In this document: in pieces, positions 28,877-32,000 of the stretch | How the letters are laid out: each line of letters begins with the position of its first letter | Position numbering within the stretch: the stretch's first letter is position 1 | Assembly (NCBI RefSeq): GCF_000195855.1 | Contig: NC_002677.1 | Coordinates: 240,001 to 272,000 of the forward strand | Reading direction: 5' to 3' | DNA length: 32,000 nt | Origin: Mycobacterium leprae TN | GTDB taxonomy: Bacteria; Actinomycetota; Actinomycetes; Mycobacteriales; Mycobacteriaceae | The notes under the pieces: model-generated | The model's input: the letters and a program-made list of their open reading frames with translations, nothing else | What the model was told of the DNA's origin: nothing | Database searches by the model: none | Made by a program: the position numbers and the translations under genes

Positions 28877-30449
28877 TGATCTGTTCAGGGACAGCAAGAT
28901 TCAGCGGTCGGGCAAGCTGAGTGGGTGCGGTGCGTCCGCGTAGTTCGACGATTTCGCCGACGTTCCAGCACAAGGCTTCGGCGTCGAGCGCCCCGCTGAC
29001 TGCTATTGCCGATGCGAGCACATGGCCGTCCTCGAGTTTGGCCAGTTCGGTGAGCCTCGCTGCCTCGTTGACTGGGTCGCCGATCACGGTGTACTCGAAG
29101 CGGGCTTGCGCGCCGATATGGCCGGCGATGGCCCTGCCGGCCGACACCCCGATGCCGAACTCTGCACTACCCAGCACCGGTAGGAGTTCATCGTGCAGCT
29201 CACGGGCGGCCGACAGCGCCGCACCAGCACTGTCCGGGTGCTCGATCGGCGCTCCGAAGATTGCCAGCGCGGCATCGCCCTGGAACTTGTTGACGAACCC
29301 GCCGTGTCGCCCAACGGTGTCCACGACCACACGGAAGAACTCGTTGAGGAGATGAACCACTTTGGTGGGTGGTTTTGTCTCGGCCAGCTGGGTGGAGCCT
29401 ATCAGGTCCACGAACAGCACCGCGACGTCGCGCTCCTGCCCACCCAACTCGGTGCCGTGCTCCAAGGCTCGGCGGGCCACGTCTTCGCCGACGTAGCGAC
29501 CGAACAGGTCACGAAGCCGCTGCCGCTCGGACAGCTCACGCACCATGTCGTTGAAGCCGGCTTGCAATAAGCCCAGCTCACTGGCGTCGTAGATCTGCAT
29601 GTGCGCGTTGTAGTTGCCGCGCTGAACCTCGGATAGTGCCCAGCGCAGTTGTCGCAGCGGATCGGCGATCGACATGGCCACCAACCAGGTGCTCACCAGT
29701 CCGACGACCAGCACCGCCAGTGCCAGCAGCAGAATGGGGCTGAATAACTGTTCCGGCACGGCATGCAGCAAGGCAATTTTGTCGGCCACCACTGCCAGCA
29801 CGATCGCCAGGACCGGTACTCCAGTGGACGGCACCCAGGTCAACATCAGCCGCAAAGTTACGCCGGGTGTTTTGACGTTCTCTGGCACGCCGCTGCGCAG
29901 GGCTGCCACGGCCACCGGTCGCAGGACCCGCTCAGACTGCAGGTAGCCGATGATTGCGGTAGCGGTGGCGCCTAGTGCGGTAGCGAGCGCCACGATAGGT
30001 GCTGAATGCCTGGCTGCCGACCAGCTGGCGATGATGAATACTGCCCCACCGATGCCCCAGGTCACCAGGCTGATGATGGTGTGATAAAAGGGCATGCGCA
30101 GTGCTCGGCTCCGGGCCAGTTCGGTCGCGGCAGGATCAGCTTCGGCGAGCCGGTTGTCACGGCGCTGCCATCGGAAAACTGGCATCAGTAGTTTCAGGTT
30201 CACTGCGAACCCGGTGGAGAACGCCACGACCACCGAGAGGGTGGAGATTGCCAAGTTGCGGATGGGCAGATCCTGCAGCTCAACGCGGTCCTGGGGTGGC
30301 AAACCGTAGCGGAGGAAACCGAGCACGAACAGGGCGCCGATGATGTCAGACTGCAGCATGCTAAGCGAGAACAGTGGCCACGGGGTGCGTATACCCCACC
30401 GGACGAACGCACCGATCCGCCCGGGCAGTCCTGCCGCCTGGGTTGCCAC
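28857..30449 (-). CDS. Membrane-anchored class III adenylate cyclase with HAMP domain (Rv3645-like)
   Basis: 530 aa. Has six predicted TM helices, a HAMP-like linker (PLRQLRWALSEVQRGNY) and a cyclase catalytic domain (VAVLFVDLIGST, KFQGDAALAIFGAP, GDPVNEAARL). Confidence 0.9.
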   Translation of the reverse strand: MATQAAGLPGRIGAFVRWGIRTPWPLFSLSMLQSDIIGALFVLGFLRYGLPPQDRVELQDLPIRNLAISTLSVVVAFSTGFAVNLKLLMPVFRWQRRDNRLAEADPAATELARSRALRMPFYHTIISLVTWGIGGAVFIIASWSAARHSAPIVALATALGATATAIIGYLQSERVLRPVAVAALRSGVPENVKTPGVTLRLMLTWVPSTGVPVLAIVLAVVADKIALLHAVPEQLFSPILLLALAVLVVGLVSTWLVAMSIADPLRQLRWALSEVQRGNYNAHMQIYDASELGLLQAGFNDMVRELSERQRLRDLFGRYVGEDVARRALEHGTELGGQERDVAVLFVDLIGSTQLAETKPPTKVVHLLNEFFRVVVDTVGRHGGFVNKFQGDAALAIFGAPIEHPDSAGAALSAARELHDELLPVLGSAEFGIGVSAGRAIAGHIGAQARFEYTVIGDPVNEAARLTELAKLEDGHVLASAIAVSGALDAEALCWNVGEIVELRGRTAPTQLARPLNLAVPEQITSEVTG

Positions 30450-30604
30450 TACCTCACCGTATCGGTCTGCGGCGATTTGTTGGCAACCTCCAGCGCCTTT
30501 GCCGGTTATGGGACGGCTGTGCGGGCGGTTATAAGGTTACGGAAATGTTGCGACGCGGCCGCTGATCAGTGTCATGTCGGTCGGTATCATTACTGTTGTC
30601 GTTG

Positions 30605-31822
30605 ATGTCCGGGGTGTTTACGCGGCTGGTGGGCCAGGATGCGGTGGAAGCTGAGCTGCTGGCCGCCGCTAAGGCCGCCCGTAGTGACTTGGTTCACAGT
30701 CGGCCTGCTGACGGGACTATGACACATGCATGGCTCATCACCGGTCCGCCGGGCTCGGGACGCTCGGTTGCGGCGGTGTGCTTCGCGGCTGCACTGCAAT
30801 GCACTGCGGATTTTCAGGATGGCGGACCGGGGTGCGGGCGCTGCCGGGCGTGTACGACGACGATGGCCGGCACCCACGCTGACGTTCGTCGGGTGATTCC
30901 CGATGGCCTGTCGATCGGCGTAGACGAGATGCGTGCCATCGTGCATGAGGCCTCGCGCCGTCCAAGCACCGGATATTGGCAGATCGTGCTGATCGAGGAC
31001 GCCGACCGGTTGACCGAAGGAGCCGCTAACGCGCTGCTCAAGGTTGTTGAGGAACCGCCGTCGTCGACGGTGTTTTTGCTGTGCGCACCGTCGGTGGCTC
31101 CAGAAGACATTGCGGTAACGTTACGGTCTCGCTGCCGGCATGTCGCGCTGGTGACCCCATCGCATGCGGCGATTGCTCGGGTATTGATTGACAGCGACGG
31201 GCTGGCCGCCGACACGGCGAACTGGGCGGCGTTGGTCAGCGGTGGCCATGTGGGTCTGGCGCGTCGGTTAGCGACTGATCCAGAGGCCCAACAACGACGT
31301 GAGCGGGCGTTCGGGTTGATCCGCGATGCCGTGGTGCCGTCGCGGGCGTATGCTGTGGCCGAGGAACTTGTGGCCGCCGCCGAAGCGGAGGCTCTGGTGC
31401 TGACCGCTGAGCGGGCCGAAGCCGAGACCGAAGAGCTGCGGACGGCTCTCGGGGCCGGCGGCACCGGAAAGGGCACCGCTGGGGCATTGCGCAGCGTTAC
31501 GGGTGCGATCAAGGATCTAGAGCGACGGCAGAAGTCCCGTCAGACTCGTGCTTCGCGTGATGCACTGGACCGAGTATTGATCGATCTGGCGACCTACTTT
31601 CGGGATGCCTTGCTCGTTTCGGCGAATGCGGGATCGGTGCAACCCAATCATCCGGACATGGCTGACCGGGTGGCGGTGCTGGCCTGCCATGCTACACCGG
31701 AGCGGTTGTTGCGCTGCATCGAAGCTGTGCTGGAGTGCCGCGAAGCGTTGGCGGTCAATGTCAAACCCAAGTTCGCGGTCGACGCTCTGGTCGCGACTAT
31801 CGGCCAGGAGCTGCGCTATTAA
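30605..31822 (+). CDS. holB: DNA polymerase III subunit delta'
   Basis: Lies in ORF-track frame 30569..31822. I placed the start at ATG30605 (MSGVFTRLVGQDAV), giving 405 aa. Has a Walker A-like GPPGSGRS, a Cys cluster CGRCRAC and the clamp-loader motif LKVVEEPP. Confidence 0.85.
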   Translation: MSGVFTRLVGQDAVEAELLAAAKAARSDLVHSRPADGTMTHAWLITGPPGSGRSVAAVCFAAALQCTADFQDGGPGCGRCRACTTTMAGTHADVRRVIPDGLSIGVDEMRAIVHEASRRPSTGYWQIVLIEDADRLTEGAANALLKVVEEPPSSTVFLLCAPSVAPEDIAVTLRSRCRHVALVTPSHAAIARVLIDSDGLAADTANWAALVSGGHVGLARRLATDPEAQQRRERAFGLIRDAVVPSRAYAVAEELVAAAEAEALVLTAERAEAETEELRTALGAGGTGKGTAGALRSVTGAIKDLERRQKSRQTRASRDALDRVLIDLATYFRDALLVSANAGSVQPNHPDMADRVAVLACHATPERLLRCIEAVLECREALAVNVKPKFAVDALVATIGQELRY

Positions 31823-31900
31823 CTTCTCTTGTGGGGATGCACAGCTCTTGGGTTGGCCAGCGCACCTGCCGTAGACTCGTGCTGCCCGGCGCAAAGGTAG

Positions 31901-31973
31901 GCCGCCTTAGCTCAATCGGTAGAGCGATTCACTCGTAATGAATAGGTCGGGGGTTCGATTCCCCCAGGCGGCT
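31901..31973 (+). tRNA. tRNA-Thr (anticodon CGT)
   Basis: I folded the 73-nt cloverleaf by hand. Acceptor stem is GCCGCCT/AGGCGGC, anticodon loop is CTCGTAA and T-loop is GGTTCGATTCC. Coordinates are anchored on the ORF-track stop at 31938. Confidence 0.95.
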
Positions 31974-32000
31974 CCGTGTGATGTGTCGAGACATCGGAGT

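Noticed and set aside
30814-31512. 232-aa minus-strand ORF inside holB.
   Set aside because: It is antisense to a well-supported gene and has Ala/Ser/Arg-rich shadow-ORF composition.

Overview
This window looks like Mycobacterium leprae chromosome. The main evidence is an RLEP dispersed-repeat copy at about 19.5-20.4 kb. It contains the strings I recognise as standard RLEP PCR targets, spaced 129 bp apart. About 58% GC and long tracts of frame-broken genes fit the same call. From memory of M. tuberculosis, gene order follows Rv0979A-Rv1003 (rpmF, mprA, mprB, pepD, moaB2, mscL ... pmt, rsmI). It then jumps across the RLEP copy into an inverted Rv3653-Rv3644c block (dead PE genes and helicase, cspA, topA, adenylate cyclase, holB, tRNA-Thr). 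I support 22 intact CDSs, 2 tRNAs and at least 7 pseudogenes (SAF-domain gene, arcA, Rv3649-like helicase, two PE-family genes, and two weaker calls). Smaller elements are a CIRCE-like operator, a perfect 46-bp palindrome, a perfect 29-bp tandem duplication and a 20-bp-stem hairpin. I found no CRISPR array, transposase, integrase, prophage or defence-type gene cluster. I cannot point to a convincing undescribed multi-gene system. The items most worth a second look are the palindrome inside the decayed SAF gene, the CIRCE-like site, the AT-rich tandem duplication upstream of the AlkB-like gene, an orphan lipoprotein-like ORF, and retention of moeA1, rimJ and the Rv0996-like gene. Ortholog names come from my recognition of translated sequences, not from database searches.
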